The notes under the pieces were generated by a model. The model had not been told where the DNA came from. It made no database searches and saw only the letters and a list, made by a program, of their open reading frames with translations. 64,000 nt of DNA from Fimicolochytrium jonesii. Taxonomy: Eukaryota. The stretch's first letter is position 1. Each line of letters opens with the position of its first letter. Positions 33,156-46,132 of this stretch are shown in pieces. Position numbers and translations under genes: made by a program. The DNA lies in contig NW_026515668.1 of assembly GCF_025526975.1 (NCBI RefSeq), forward strand, positions 1,674,001-1,738,000, given 5' to 3'.

Positions 33156-35805
33156 ATGACCGACCTCGACTCGACAGCCAGGGCAGCATCACCCGACCAC
33201 GAAGACCATGACGATGGAGGGGAGTCTGGTCGTGGCGGCCGCGATAAGTTCTCGCGGGAGCGGAACGAAGGGTCTGGTAGAACCGACGCAATGGAAGTCG
33301 ATGAGTTTGGCCGCACCGTCACCTCCAGAAAGCGGAGGGAGAGGAGCAGGACTCGCAGTCTCTCACCGCCAGTTGCTGGTGAGTATTCGAGACTGAAATT
33401 TTGGAACGCCGGAGCTCTTTGATTGACGATAGAAAATGATCTTGCATCAGAGCGACGAGGAAAGCGACGTCGTTCGAGGAGTCGCGAACGGGAACGTGAG
33501 GGCCCCGACACATACATCCCGGATTATCGGAATGGAAGCGGACCACCTAGACGTCGCAACAATGATGTTCCCATTACCGACATTGCCCCTGCGTTTTTCG
33601 GGCCAATGGAAGGGTACTCTTCTAGATGGGCGGTGCTCAGGGTCAACCCCGTCAATACTGACGCTCAACCCATTAACGCAGGCTACCGGACCCTATGACT
33701 CTGGATTTCCTCATCTCAAGGGACGAATATGGCATGTGGGCTCGGGAGCAACATCGGAAAAAGGCGGGCCCTCGCGCACCTACCATGAGCCCAGATGAGG
33801 TTGATCGAAGATACGAGCTTTATAAAGAGAACTTCAACACAAAACAGCTGGTGAAATACTTCAAGCAGGAGAAGGACTCTGAATGGTATGCATCAGCAAA
33901 ATGAAAGCAGCTTTGTTGAGATGTCTCTGACACGGAGAAATTAGGTTCCGAGAGAAATACCATCCGGAGGAATCGAAGCCTATGCTGGAGGAGGTGAAAG
34001 CCAGACGACGGGAGCTTCTTGCCAAGTTTAAAAAAGATCTGGAGTCCGGGCAACATGACGATGTTTCATATGATGAAAGTAAACGTGGGCCGCAGGATGG
34101 CTCGGCGATGGAGACCAAGGACGCGGAGCCCAAGGAGGAAGCAAAGGCTAATAACGAAGACGCGCCAGCGGAGGATGGAGCGAATGCCGAAGTGCTACTT
34201 CCCACGCCATCAGAAGACAAAAGCGCTCAGCCTCCGAAGGAAGGTCTGAAGGCGGAAAATATTCACGCGCTGTTCATCAAAGGCGTCCCTCCCAAAACCC
34301 CGCGAAAGGACTTGAAGGAGGTACAGGATCAGGCATTCCCTTTACAATCGCTGGTCTTCGCTTATCGATTCGCTGACATGTTCGAAATTGATAGCTTTGC
34401 GCACAAGCCGAAGGCTTCAAATATCTGGTTCTCAGTGATCCTAAGCTCGATAAGAACATTCGGTATGGATGGATTATCTTTGAGGACGACGCTGACATGC
34501 CGAAGGCCCTCTCAACCCTGCAAGGAAAGCAGGTGGGCATTTGTTGCTGGTCTCGCACTCCCGCGGGGTGTATTACGTTATTGACTGGGAGCTACCACTT
34601 TGCAGATCGGTGAATTTACCTTGAGTTTGGCCTTGCATCATTGGCAAGAACTTCGCATCCGGTCCATTCCTGGGGAAACCAACCGTCCAGAGCGCCTGCA
34701 GAAAGACCTAACGCAAATCAAAGAGCTATCGAAAGTTCTGGATGGGGAGATGGACTTCGACCCCGAATCGGGCGTGGCGATTGTGGAGTCGAGATTGGAA
34801 AATGTCGTCCTCCCCAAGTTAGAGCAGCAGCTCGAAAGCGAAAGCGAGACCGAGAGAAAGACAGCGAAGGTAAATCGCAATGAAATATCTTCTGGAGACC
34901 TTTCCCATCTCACGCGACCTCCGGATCGCACAGGTTAAGCGGTCGCTGGACCTGCATATCATCTATCTGCGACGAGTCCACTGCTACGATTACTACTCCG
35001 GCTCGGAAGCTCTCAGCCCGGAGGACTTTATGCGCAAAACGTCAGTCCAGCTGCGTCGACCGGCAGTCGACAAGAAGTCCTCGCATTGGCTGGAAAGGCT
35101 CGATACGCGTATAGATATGCGTACCCACAAGCCAGTAGAGGGATCGCAACTGATCAAAATGGGCGGAAAGTCTCTAGAGGCGGAGTTGGACAAACACCTC
35201 AAAACGTACTCGAAAAAGGAGACAGAGGGCAAGTACCGCTGCACGGAGTGTCAGAAGCTGTTCAAGGGAGACGAGTTTGTCAGGAAGCACGTCCGAACGA
35301 AGCACCCGGAACGGACGCTGGCGACCATTGAGGAAGTCAACTTCTTCAACAACTTCGTCCGTGATCACAGCAAAGTAAACCTCAATTACCTCGCGCCGCC
35401 TCCAATGAACGGAGGAGGTATCCCAGGTGGACCGCCGTTTGGAGGGCCTATGCCCATGATGATGCCCATGATGCCCATGATGCCCATGGGGATGAACCCA
35501 TTCATGATGCAGCAGTTCATGCAAATGCAAGGGAATGGCGTTGGTGGAGGCATGGGAGGAGGTATGCAGCGGAACGACAGGAATGGAGGACGTGGTGGAA
35601 GGAACTCCTTGCAGGGACGGTTGGGACCACCGCCTCCCAAAAAGCCCAATGCGTAAGTTTCCTGTTTTCGCTCGGATCTGGATTATCCCCTACTTACTTT
35701 GCATATCCATATGCTTACAGGAGAAACGACCCTCGCCAGATTCGCCACTACGACGACCTAGACAACCCTGTTCCCGCTGGAGAGATGGAAATCAGCTACG
35801 ACTGA
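33156..35805 (+). CDS. SRRT: SERRATE/Ars2 RNA-processing factor, multi-exon
   Basis: RS-rich N-terminus, EW|FREKYHPE, RRM, YLRRVHCYDYY, C2H2 YRCTECQKLFKGDEFVRKHVRTKH, FFNNFVRD, DPRQIRHYDDLD C-terminus. Confidence 0.92.
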
Positions 35806-36557
35806 GCCCCGACGCCCCTCCACTCTGTGCCGCGTTCATGGCTGCCATCCAATACTGCCTCAGTTACATCCCAACGGTATCTTCCCTATTCCTGAAACCC
35901 CTATCGTGTCCCGGCCATGTGAACCATTTGAAGCGAAGGGGCTATTTGAGGTACCTCTGTATATATACGTGCAATCTATTGATTGCGTTGTCCGAAACTA
36001 GGTTGTTGGCACGTGACTGTTGCTCTCGCGATGTCCATCTAGTCATCCCTCCCGTTCTGAACATGAAGGCCTCTTTTCGTGTTGCCCATCCCTCAACTTT
36101 CGTCGCTCAAATCAGTCCCGGTTGTTGGCCGATCGCCGGAGCCACACTTGTTAAACCCCTCTCCTCGAACAACGGCTTCTATTGCCCTCGTCGGAGAGAA
36201 TCCAAGGCATCTGAATCGGCCGATCTCAAATAGTGGGGTCGATAGGAAACCGCGATTAAAGGGAGGCGGACAACATTCGAGCAGGGATATCGAAAGCTCT
36301 GACGACCGGAGGGCAGCGGCGGTAGAAACGTTGAAACGCCTCCACTCGCGCCTGTTGGGAGTTCAGTACGCGGCCATTCGCCGTCTTGGTGCATTTCGCA
36401 ATCGGAGCTGTCCTCGCGTCGGGAAAGAGGGTCCGTCGAATGCGCAGGGTAAGGAAATCCTCAAATTGTTTACCCATCGGCAACCGAACACCGCCGAGTC
36501 GACTGATAGAACGGCCATAAAGCACAAAAGAGAGCTGTTCCTTGTTGCCGCGCAACC

Positions 36558-37883
36558 ATGCTTTCCGCACAAAATCCATCCATGTCCGCTCGACGGAGAT
36601 CAACAATCCAACCCCCGGTTCTCCGCGTCCCGGTCTCACATCCGTCATCACAACACCGAAATGGCCAAAAGAAAGCCAACGCCGGCCATCCCACATGGTC
36701 CGATATGGAGCAACCCGCGCCTCCACCACCTCAAGCCCCACTGCTAGCGAACCCAGCCACTCTCCGCGCGTCGAGCGAGCTCATTACCGAACTAACAGGC
36801 TGGGCCCCGCTAACCTACGTCGACGACGTGATCAACGCCGTGAACGACATTGCATACAAAGGCATGGACTCGTTCGGCGAATGGGTGCAGAACTGCGGGC
36901 TGGACGAGGACGAAGCCGAGAAAGGTCTGTCGGCGACCGAGACGCTACTGGAGAACAATATAGATAAACAGTTTGACCGGTTCGAGCTGTTTGCGCTGAA
37001 GAATATATTCAATGTGCCTGCGCACGTGCAGATTGTGTTGCCGCATAATGAGGGGTTGGATTTTGGGGTTACTGCGGCAGATGAGGCGAATGCGGATATG
37101 GAGATTGAGGCGCTGAGGAGACAGATTAAGTCGGCGGAATATACGGTTGGGCGACTGAGGGAGGAGGTAAAGGCGACTGAACGGAGGAATCGGGGGTTAG
37201 AGCGCATGAAGCGGAGTATTGAGGAGTTGGCGGAGATTGCGCGGTCGCATTCAGGTATGGCGCACGATTTGAGTGGATTGGACATTTACGAGGTTCCTTC
37301 CCGATTCTCGATATTGATGCTCACATATTAGCAGACTCGAACCTCCCCGATTCCATCCCCACCCTCCTCACCACCGTCCGCGAAGCCAGCAGCCTAGCAA
37401 GCACCGTCCGCACCGCCTCGGAAACCCTCTCCTTCCGCGACCTCCTCATCCCCTCGGACCCATCAGCCGACTCGGACGAAGCCCACGTGCGCGACGCGAT
37501 CATAGCCGCCATCGAGCGTCGTCGCCAAAAACAGGACGAAATGGCGGCGAGGACTCCATCACGACGGAATGGCGAGTCGTCGAGGAGGAGGAGCTCGATG
37601 GGTGTGCAGGTTAAGACGGGGAAGGAGGGGCTGGAGTGTGCGATGGAGTATCATGAGCTTGTGGGAGGGATTGGGGATGCTGCGGATATAAAGGTATTGT
37701 GGGGTGACCGTGACATCCCCATGTGTACTTTGCTCCAACTGACTTCATCTTTTACGTCTTCAGGGATGGCGAGAATTTTTGGAATCTGGCAGTCTTCCCG
37801 GCTCTCCATCAGGCCAGTCACTACAGCAACCACAACCGCCGCAGACCGAAGAGCACTCAGATTCAGAGCGAATGTCGGAGTGA
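36558..37883 (+). CDS. MIS12: Kinetochore protein Mis12/Mtw1, multi-exon (start codon ambiguous)
   Basis: ELTGWAPLTYVDDVINAVND..EKGLSATETLLENNIDKQFDRFELFALKNIF followed by coiled coil. Confidence 0.88.
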
Positions 37884-38411
37884 TTCCATCGCCACGGCCA
37901 CAACACCAATATAATAATACGGAGGCACAACCATGCCCGTGCAGTGAAGGAAAGGAGTTTTCGTGGGGACGGAAACGTGATGTAGAGGCGTCTGAGGAAA
38001 TAGAGCATATATGCTCTGACAGTGTTTTGCATTTACAAAATTGATGTCGTATGTTGTAGTGGCTTGATATTATTGCGGTTGGCTGCGAAACTTTACCTCG
38101 CGGGTGTCCCTGCGTAGAATTGATACACCGAATCTGGGGGTGTTGTGTGTAAATATACGAATGTACGGATATGCATACTTTGTGCAGCCTGCGTTGGAGT
38201 GATGCGAAGTGCTCCAGGGCAGAACCGTGACTGATTTTGCCAGTTCGGATTGAAATCATGATTATGGGGTATGTGGATGAGAAAAGCTACCAAAAATACA
38301 GTTGCATATACTGTACAATGCGCGAAGTACAAGGATTCAATTGTGGGGAGTTCGGGGCCGGTAAAATCGCAGCGAGTTTGGCCTGATGCGAGAAGAGGAT
38401 CGTTTGACGCA

Positions 38412-39535
38412 TCACATATCCTGAAAGAAAAGAGAAGGTGAGCATACGTCCTTGCTGTCAACGACCCTTGAAGGGATCAACGTACCTCAGCGGACCACTT
38501 ATAAGCCTCCAACCGCACGGCCTCATTCCGATTCCGTTCCAGAAACCACTTCCTCTCAAACCCAGTGGACCGATCGACCCCATCCCACCTATACCCCGGC
38601 TCAATCCCAAACCGGTTGGGCGGCGGCGGCGGCCCCGCATAGCGTTTCCGGACCTCTTTCTTCTTCTTCGCCGTCATAAACGCCATCGGGTCGCCCCACC
38701 GTCCCCGGTCCGCGAGCTCCTTGTTCCGCTCCTTATCGTCTGCATACACAGTGAAGGGGGCATCCTTCATCGCTTCCAGTTTCTTCCGCCGCGCCTCCTC
38801 TTCGGAATGCTGTGCAATGCCTTTCCCCCATTTGACTTTTCCCGCTTCCTCCTCCTCCTTCTTTCGTCGTGCTTCGAGCAACGCGGCTTTCTCGGCCTCG
38901 ATGTCGACTTTTTTACCGAGTTTGTCACGGTAGATCGTCGGCGCGTCCCGACCTGTTGCGGACGCGAACGCGGCTTGCTGTTCGGCTCGCGCCGCGGCCG
39001 CTTCGGCTCGGATGTCGTCGCTGGAGCGTAGGCCTCCTTGCATCTTCCCTGAGCTTTTGGGATGTGCGGATGAGGGTGGCGGAGTGGGGGAGGGTGATCG
39101 TCGGCGGCGCTTTCGGGGTGGTGGGGATGGGGATGGGGATGGGGATCTTCGAGCTGTTTCGCGACCGTTTGGCGGGGGTGATACTGATGGTGAAGGTGAC
39201 CGACGTCGGCCTCTGGTATCTGCTCCCGTAACGGGTTGGCCTTCTCCTTCTCTTATCACCGCCCAATTGGCGGTCGTAAATGGAGCTGCCTCCCCGTCTT
39301 CCACCGCAGGTTCGTCGCCATTGCCCAGCACCACAACAGGCGCGACATCCTCGTCGTCATCGCTATTCCGAGACACGTTCTTCCAATCGTCCACCTCCTC
39401 GTCTATAATTCGTGTCGTTCCAATTGTGGATTCCGGTTTACGTTTCTTGCGTTTCTTCTGTTTCGACGTTGGGTCGGAAGGTGCGGCAGCGGCAGAGCCA
39501 TACCTTTTCAAGTAATCTTTCAGGCTGCTGCTCAT
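38412..39535 (-). CDS. BUD13: Pre-mRNA splicing factor Bud13/Cwc26 (RES complex)
   Basis: [69 protein letters not shown]. Confidence 0.95.
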
Positions 39536-39690
39536 GGCTGCGGATACTCTTGTTCTAAGGTGCTAAGTGATCTTGAGCTTCTGTGAGTCTGCGCTCGCTG
39601 CGTGGTGATGATGCCTGCCCCATTCCATAGTAGAATTACGAAGCGGGGCAGACTTCAGAAGTAGGCGGCGACTTTGACACATTTTAATGG

Positions 39691-40185
39691 ATCACGTGCG
39701 CTCTGGAATCCTCGCAGCCAATTGGCAGCGTGTGAACGGACGATGCCTTTGGAGCATCGCGCAGTCACAACGCGCTTTCGGCTCGGCGGAACAGTCGAAG
39801 GAAAACGCTCACCTCACGCCATCCCCTTCTCCACATAGCCCAATAGGACCATTGGCCATAGATCTAGATAGCCTGAGAGGTATCATTAGACCCCTGCAAA
39901 CCGTATCAACAGAGTAGGACAGAATACAACCTATCGCTATGGCCCTCCAAAAGATGCAAGGAGAGCCTGAGGGCGTCGCCGCTGCGCCCCGGGGCCTGGA
40001 ACACATATCGGGTGGGTGCAAAGGTGGTGTGTGCTCACCAGCTTTCATCAACCGTCGCGTGGTGAGAGCTGCCGGAGGCTGTTTTTCTTTCGTTGACCGC
40101 TGGTCGAACTCTCATAAATATGCTTGGGTGAGGGTTCGCCCGGGTGCCATGCGAAGGGAATCCCGGTCTGGAACCGCTATATATA
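39691..40185. promoter_or_regulatory. Candidate elements in the divergent BUD13/ERG9 promoter: E-box, CCAAT boxes, TATA
   Basis: ATCACGTG at 39691, GCCAATTGGC palindrome at 39717, CCAAT at 39840, ATTGG at 39851, TATATATA at 40178 (~130 bp before the ERG9 ATG). Motif matches only. Confidence 0.35.
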
Positions 40186-40307
40186 CTTGAGCATTGCTGT
40201 CTGCAACATTCGTCTCATTGTTTCTCGCAACGCTTGTCCACGCTCCATAAGATACTAGAAGAAGCAACAAAGCGCTCTTAAGGAACTACAAAAGCCCCAA
40301 ATCTGTA

Positions 40308-42027
40308 ATGTCTGCCTCGGCCCTGCTCGCCTCGGCGACCCACCCCTCAGAGCTTTACGCTCTCTTCCACTACATCATAACGGCCCCCAAAGCGCCCTCC
40401 CCAGCAAAAACAATAAAATCCCTCACCCCGTCCAGCCCATCCTACACATACGCCAAATGCTACGACTTCCTCAACCTCACATCCCGCTCATTCGCCCGCG
40501 TCATCCAGGAACTCGATGCGGAACTACGACACCCCGTATGCATCTTCTATCTCGTCCTGAGGGGTCTGGATACTGTTGAGGATGACATGACGTTGGGGAT
40601 TGAGAGGAAGAAGGAGGTGCTGGAGAAGTTCCATGAGCTGATATATGTGCCGGGGTGGAATTTCCAGGAGAGCGGGGAGGGCGAGAAGGATAGGGCGCTG
40701 TTGGTTGAGTTTGAGGTTGTTATTGCGGAGTTCCTCAAGCTGAAGGAGAGGTACGTGTCGCGATGGGTCTCGAAGGGCAGTTGAGAGACTGCTGTCATGG
40801 CGTGCATTGGGGCTTTGGGGCCGGATGTTCATTACCCTTATACTTACCGATTCCCTCGTCTCCGTTCCAGCTACCAACTAATCATCGCCGACATCACAAA
40901 ACGCATGGGCCACGGCATGTCATCCTACGTCTCCAAACCCACCAGCTCCAAAACCCAGATCACCAACCCCGCCCACCTCATCGAGATCCAAACCACCGCC
41001 GAATACAACCTCTACACCCACTACGTCGCCGGTCTCGTCGGAATCGGTCTCACCAACCTCTTTGTCGCCTCCGGCCTCGAAAACCCCACCCTCGCGTCGC
41101 CCGAACGGGCAGAACTCGCTAACGAGATGGGTCAGTTCCTGCAGAAGGTCAATATTCTGAAAGACTTTTTGGAGGATTTGAACGAGGGGAGGATATTCTG
41201 GCCGAAGGACGTGTGGGAAAAGTATGTACCTGCTGATGATAAGGAGGTTGAGGCGCTGGCGAAGGCGGAGAATCTGGATAGGGCGTTGGCGTGTTTGAAC
41301 GCGTTGGTCTTGGATGCGTTGAAGCTGGTACCGTCGTGTTTGGAGTATATGGCCGGGTTGAGGAATCCTACTGTTTTCCAGTTTTGCGCTATTCCCCAGG
41401 TGCGTTTGCTGTTGGACTCCCACTTGGGCTTAAAGGAATGACCAGCTGACCTTCGAACCATCACTTCACTCACAGATGATGGCCATAGCCTCCCTCAACG
41501 AATTCTTCAACAACCCCGCTATTTTCCAACGCGTTGGCACGAAGATCCGCCGCGGTCTCGCCGTCAAGCTTATGCTCGCGTCGACGGACATGGACTCGAT
41601 CAAGCGCACCTACCACGACTTTGCGCTGTCGATCAACCAGCGCAATGCCAAACGCGTGGGGACGAATAAGGAGGACGAGTCGTTCTTCGGGATTGCTGTT
41701 GCTTGTGCTGATGTATGTATGGGATGCTGTTCCCCCCTTCGCGTACTCGCTCTGATCCATGTTGGAAGTGAGACTCATTGCATCCCCCTCGTTTTGTAGA
41801 TCGTCCGCTGGACCCACATCCACGACAAATCCCACCCCTCCTCCGACCTCAACAGCAAGCGCATCGATTCCGGGTACGCCCTCGCCGACACGGCCAAATC
41901 CGCCCTCTCTGGCCCCAAATCATCCACTTTCTACAACAGCGTTCTGCCCACCAGCTGGGTTGTGTTGCTTGTTGTTGCGGCGGTGGTGGCGGGGTGGGCT
42001 ATTTATGCTGGCGCGAATGGGGTCTGA
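40308..42027 (+). CDS. ERG9: Squalene synthase (farnesyl-diphosphate farnesyltransferase), 4 exons
   Basis: TSRSFARVIQEL, FYLVLRGLDTVEDDM, YTHYVAGLVGIGL, MGQFLQKVNILKDFLED, FCAIPQ|MMAIA, C-terminal TM anchor. Confidence 0.97.
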
Positions 42028-42452
42028 GGACGACCTTTTTTTCTTCGTTCATTGGGCGGGGACTTGTGGACGAAGGGTTTGTTTTTTCGTACATGTAATA
42101 TATCACACTTGCCTTTCCACACCGGCTCCTCCTTATATGGACTCTGTGGTCAAGAAAGGCAGGAATGTCGCTTGGACTGTGAACGTCGCGTTGACGCCCG
42201 TCCGAACAGGGCTCGCCTTCCTCATCCCGACGCTTATCCACAGCCAGGGTGGTGTAAAGCATTCCAAAATGCCTCGAATTTCATCAGCAGATCACGCAGG
42301 GCCGAGAGGTTGACGATTTGTGGGTTAGGGTTCTGGGCTACGCGCGGCGTGCTCACATCTGGCTCACATCCGGTTGCAATTTCCTTGCTTTTACACCACC
42401 AACTGCCAATCCGAGCAAATCCAACGGCACCCAAATTCCCACGCCAATCGTC

Positions 42453-43720
42453 ATGACCGAATCGGACATCGCCCAGGCGACCCTTACGGCACTACGTGCC
42501 GCCGAGTGAGTTTCCCCTGCAAAATGCCATTGCGACCACTTTTGTGTACAATACTCCCCGAGTCAAGCACACTCTTAACTAGTCGTGCCTTGCCAGCTGG
42601 ACGTGTACAGAACGCCAAATACGACGGACTGTGGAAACCGCGTTGGGGTTGAAGCCAAAAGCTTTGGATGAGGTCAGGAGCACGAAGCCAATTTCCCACA
42701 GCTGCTGCTGCTGCTGCCCGACTGTGCCGCGATAGCAAGGAAACGTTCATTTTTCTGACTGGGAAGGAAACGGATATATCCAGGCGTCAAGTAAGAAAAC
42801 AATCAAAAGCATCGTGGAGGCCTTCCTCAAGGACCCCGCCGCATTCGCCGAGGATACACCAACCAAACGAAGATGGGGAGTCGGATCGGAAGAAGGTGAC
42901 GGGTCTGCAGGAAAATCGGGGTCGGGGACAGAACAGGCCAAGGCGGACAATGCGGCGGGTGTAGATGGTGGGAAGGGGAAAGCGCGGCCGAAACGGGTGG
43001 TTGATAGTGATGACGAGGATGAAGAGGAGGGGAAGAGCGACGGGGGGGTTAAGGACGGGGGTTCGGTCCGCAAGAAGGCAGCAAAGCGCGCGAACCGAAT
43101 CTTAGATAGTGACGATGAAGAGGAACCCGGCGGTAAGGACAGCGAGGAAGCGCCGGAGGAAGAAGATGAGGATAGGGATGGTGAAGAGACGGACGAGAAA
43201 CCGGCCAAAGCACCGCGGAAACGCACATCGTCGACGAAAGGCGAGGGTGCGAGCAAGAAGCGAAAGTCAGATCCGACCTCAAGGGGGAAAGGGGATGGTG
43301 AGGAGATTAAGGAGAAGGATCAGAAGGCTATTGCGTCGCTTAAAAAGTATATCGTTCAGGTAATGAAACTCGCAATCCTTCGGGTTTTTTGCATTCGATG
43401 TTAATCTTGTGAACATCTCTGAACAGTGCGGAGTGAAGAAGAAATGGAGCACGGAGTTGGATGGAATGACTGGCCCGCAGCAAGTTCGGCATTTACGGCG
43501 TATCCTGGAGGATTTGGGGGTGTCTGAACGGCCGACGTTAGAGAAATGTAAACGGGTCAAGGCACAGAGGGAGTTTGCAGCCGAGATCCAAGGTAAGTCT
43601 TCACATGGGGATTTCGCATGCAGCCATCATTTTTACTGATTGTGTCCAAATCCCATTATAGAGCTGGACCCGGCCAATATCGTTTCCGAAGAGGGAAGTC
43701 CCAGGCGAAGCCGCCAATAA
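42453..43720 (+). CDS. HIRIP3-like histone chaperone (DEK-C-like N-terminus, acidic/basic linker, CHZ-like C-terminus), multi-exon
   Basis: RQIRRTVETALGL..IKSIVEAFL; LKKYIVQ|CGVKKKW..LRRILEDLGVSERPTLEKCKRVKAQRE..ELDPANIV. Confidence 0.78.
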
Positions 43721-44857
43721 CAATAGCTGTAGGAATACCGATGCATCAAATCTTCGCACCTTTTCCGTATTATACTGTAATACCATAGAGTTTGCTGTAG
43801 CATGACGAGCCGTTCACCCGCCCTCCCCTTACACAATAATAATGCAGGAAGTCATCGTTCACAGCAACCTTCAACAGCCGGATTCAAGATCGATATCCGA
43901 GTTCGAGGCTACTCAAATGGAGGCTTTGAATTTACGTGATCGACAGGAAGTTAAGCAAAAGCCAAAGTGCGCGAAGCGGCTCCGACCGGCGAACCATGTT
44001 CAGCGCACCCTTCGGGCGCGCTTCTTTACCAGCCGGAAAAGGGCTTCTGCAAACCCACAGTGACCAACATGCTGCTCGTGCCTTCAAGTCATCGGTCTCG
44101 CGTTGACGAGACTTGACTGGTCTCCTTGTGGGGACAGCGCTAAGCCCCTTCCCCTTAACAAGGTTGTTTTTGAGTTGTGTCACGGGCTCTTGCAGCTACT
44201 AGCGTCTCTTGGAGACCGTTACAGATGAGACGGCCGTGTTCTCTCTTCTTGCAACTTCCGCCATCTCCAGACTCGCCGGCCCCCCCGTCAACCGCTTGCG
44301 TCGGCTTTCTGTGAGGTCATCAGGTAGGTGATGGCCGGTGACTTCTGCTCTGTAGCGTGTCGAATCTAGAGTTCTGTTCAAACGTCGACTTGAAAGTTCA
44401 GCACATGTCCCGAGCGATTTGGCATCGTATGAGAGTGACGTAAGTCACGGTGACGTGTTTCGCTCGCGTCGCCCCCCCGATTCGGCTTCCCTCCCCAACC
44501 CCCGCTGTGGCTGCGAAAAAGAGGGTGGGGAAAAGGGTTCCAGACTCTGTGAATTTAGGGCATGGATGGTGGTCACCCTTTTCCTTCCATATGATACAAC
44601 CATACAAAGTCATGCAGCGTCAAAAACAAAGCCACAAACGTCACTTTCCCCGTCCTCTGGCGACCCGCTATCTGCATTCTAAAAGCCTGTTTCCACTCCC
44701 AGATCCATAAAAGGCCGCCCTCGAGGTTAATTCCCTCGCTTTCTCCAACGCAACGATCTAGCACAATCTCATAACTGCAGCTTCACCGCTCACTAGCCCG
44801 GCGACACCTATCCGCCCTTCTATCTCTCACTTTGCTAGCCAGCTCAACCGCCCAACA

Positions 44858-45770
44858 ATGCCTCTCCGAGCCCCAGCCTTCTTCCGCCGTCGTCGCGCCA
44901 CAACGGCCGCAGCGCCAGTTACCGTCGCCGACATGCACCGAAAAAAAGGTCTTGCCTGCCGCCCCATGCCCATCCTCCTCACCCTCCTCTCCATCGGCGC
45001 CCTTGCCCTCGGCATCATCTCCTTCCGCACCGCCGACTCATGGTACAGGCAGGACGTCGGTATCAACGTCGCACCCGCCGCTGGAGGAAACGCTGGAGTC
45101 GGTTTCCCTAACCAGATGGCCTTGAAAGTAGATTTGAACTCGTGGTGCGTGGACGGTCTGCCTGCTAGCGTCCGTGTCCCTCAGATCGACCAGTCGGCCC
45201 CTGGAACTTGCAAACCTATCGACATGTGCTCCATTATTGGCGACTCCTGCTGGCTCACTCAGGCGGGAAAGCCCGTCCTCATTGTCTTCATGGCTGCCAC
45301 GGCTGCGTCAATCAGTAAGTATTCGTGTGCTTGTTCTGATACCTTTTTAGAGACGACAGTGTACTCATCGATTCCTTTCCTTCCCACCACCAACAGTCCT
45401 CGCAATGATGCTCCTCTGCAACATCCCCGTCCTCACTCTCATCAACTACATCCTCCTCCTCGCAACCTCTATCGCCGCCATCGCCTGCGGTGTCGCCATC
45501 CTGGTCTACTTCTCGAAGCTTACCACCATCGTTCCCCCACGCATCCCTGACATCGTCCGCACCATCGCCGGTCCCGCGTCGGGAGTCGTCAGTGGTTACG
45601 ACGCCGGCCACTCCTACATGCCCCCACGCCTGTGGTTGATCATCGCCACTGCCTTGATGTCCGCCGTGTTCCTGCTGACTCTGATCAACGCTTGCATCGA
45701 GCGATGCGGTCGTCGGGTCACTTCTCACCACCTGAGGAAGGCTGGCCGTCATGAGGTTGTCCAAGTTTAA
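44858..45770 (+). CDS. Tetraspan membrane protein (SUR7/PalI/claudin-like), 2 exons
   Basis: TM1, Cys-containing extracellular loop (LNSWCV..TC..MC..SC), then three further hydrophobic helices. Confidence 0.6.
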
Positions 45771-46132
45771 AAGTCCGACAAGTTATCGCATATCGAGCAC
45801 ATTTTGGCCTTAACACACCGCATGGTTAACATGCAGCTTTCAAGCATCCTGTACATGTAGTTATTCCCATCTTACCCTGTACATACATTATCTATACCTA
45901 CCTTCGTAAATAATATCGCTTTCCCACATGTACATGTACGCTGCGGTTTGTTTTGCTGTCACGGTCACATTTTGAAGTCCTACGTACGTAATAAAGGAAG
46001 TGGGGTCGTGACGCGCTCGATGACGACGCCCGACTCGCCCGAGGCTTGAAATTGACCTCCTTCGTCCAAAGTCTTTTCATCCTCCCATCTTTTCATCTGA
46101 ATCTCAGCGAACCCCCTGAAACCTTACCAAAA

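Noticed and set aside
35445..35500. (ATGCCCATG)n repeat
   Set aside because: Coding low-complexity Met/Pro tract within Ars2.
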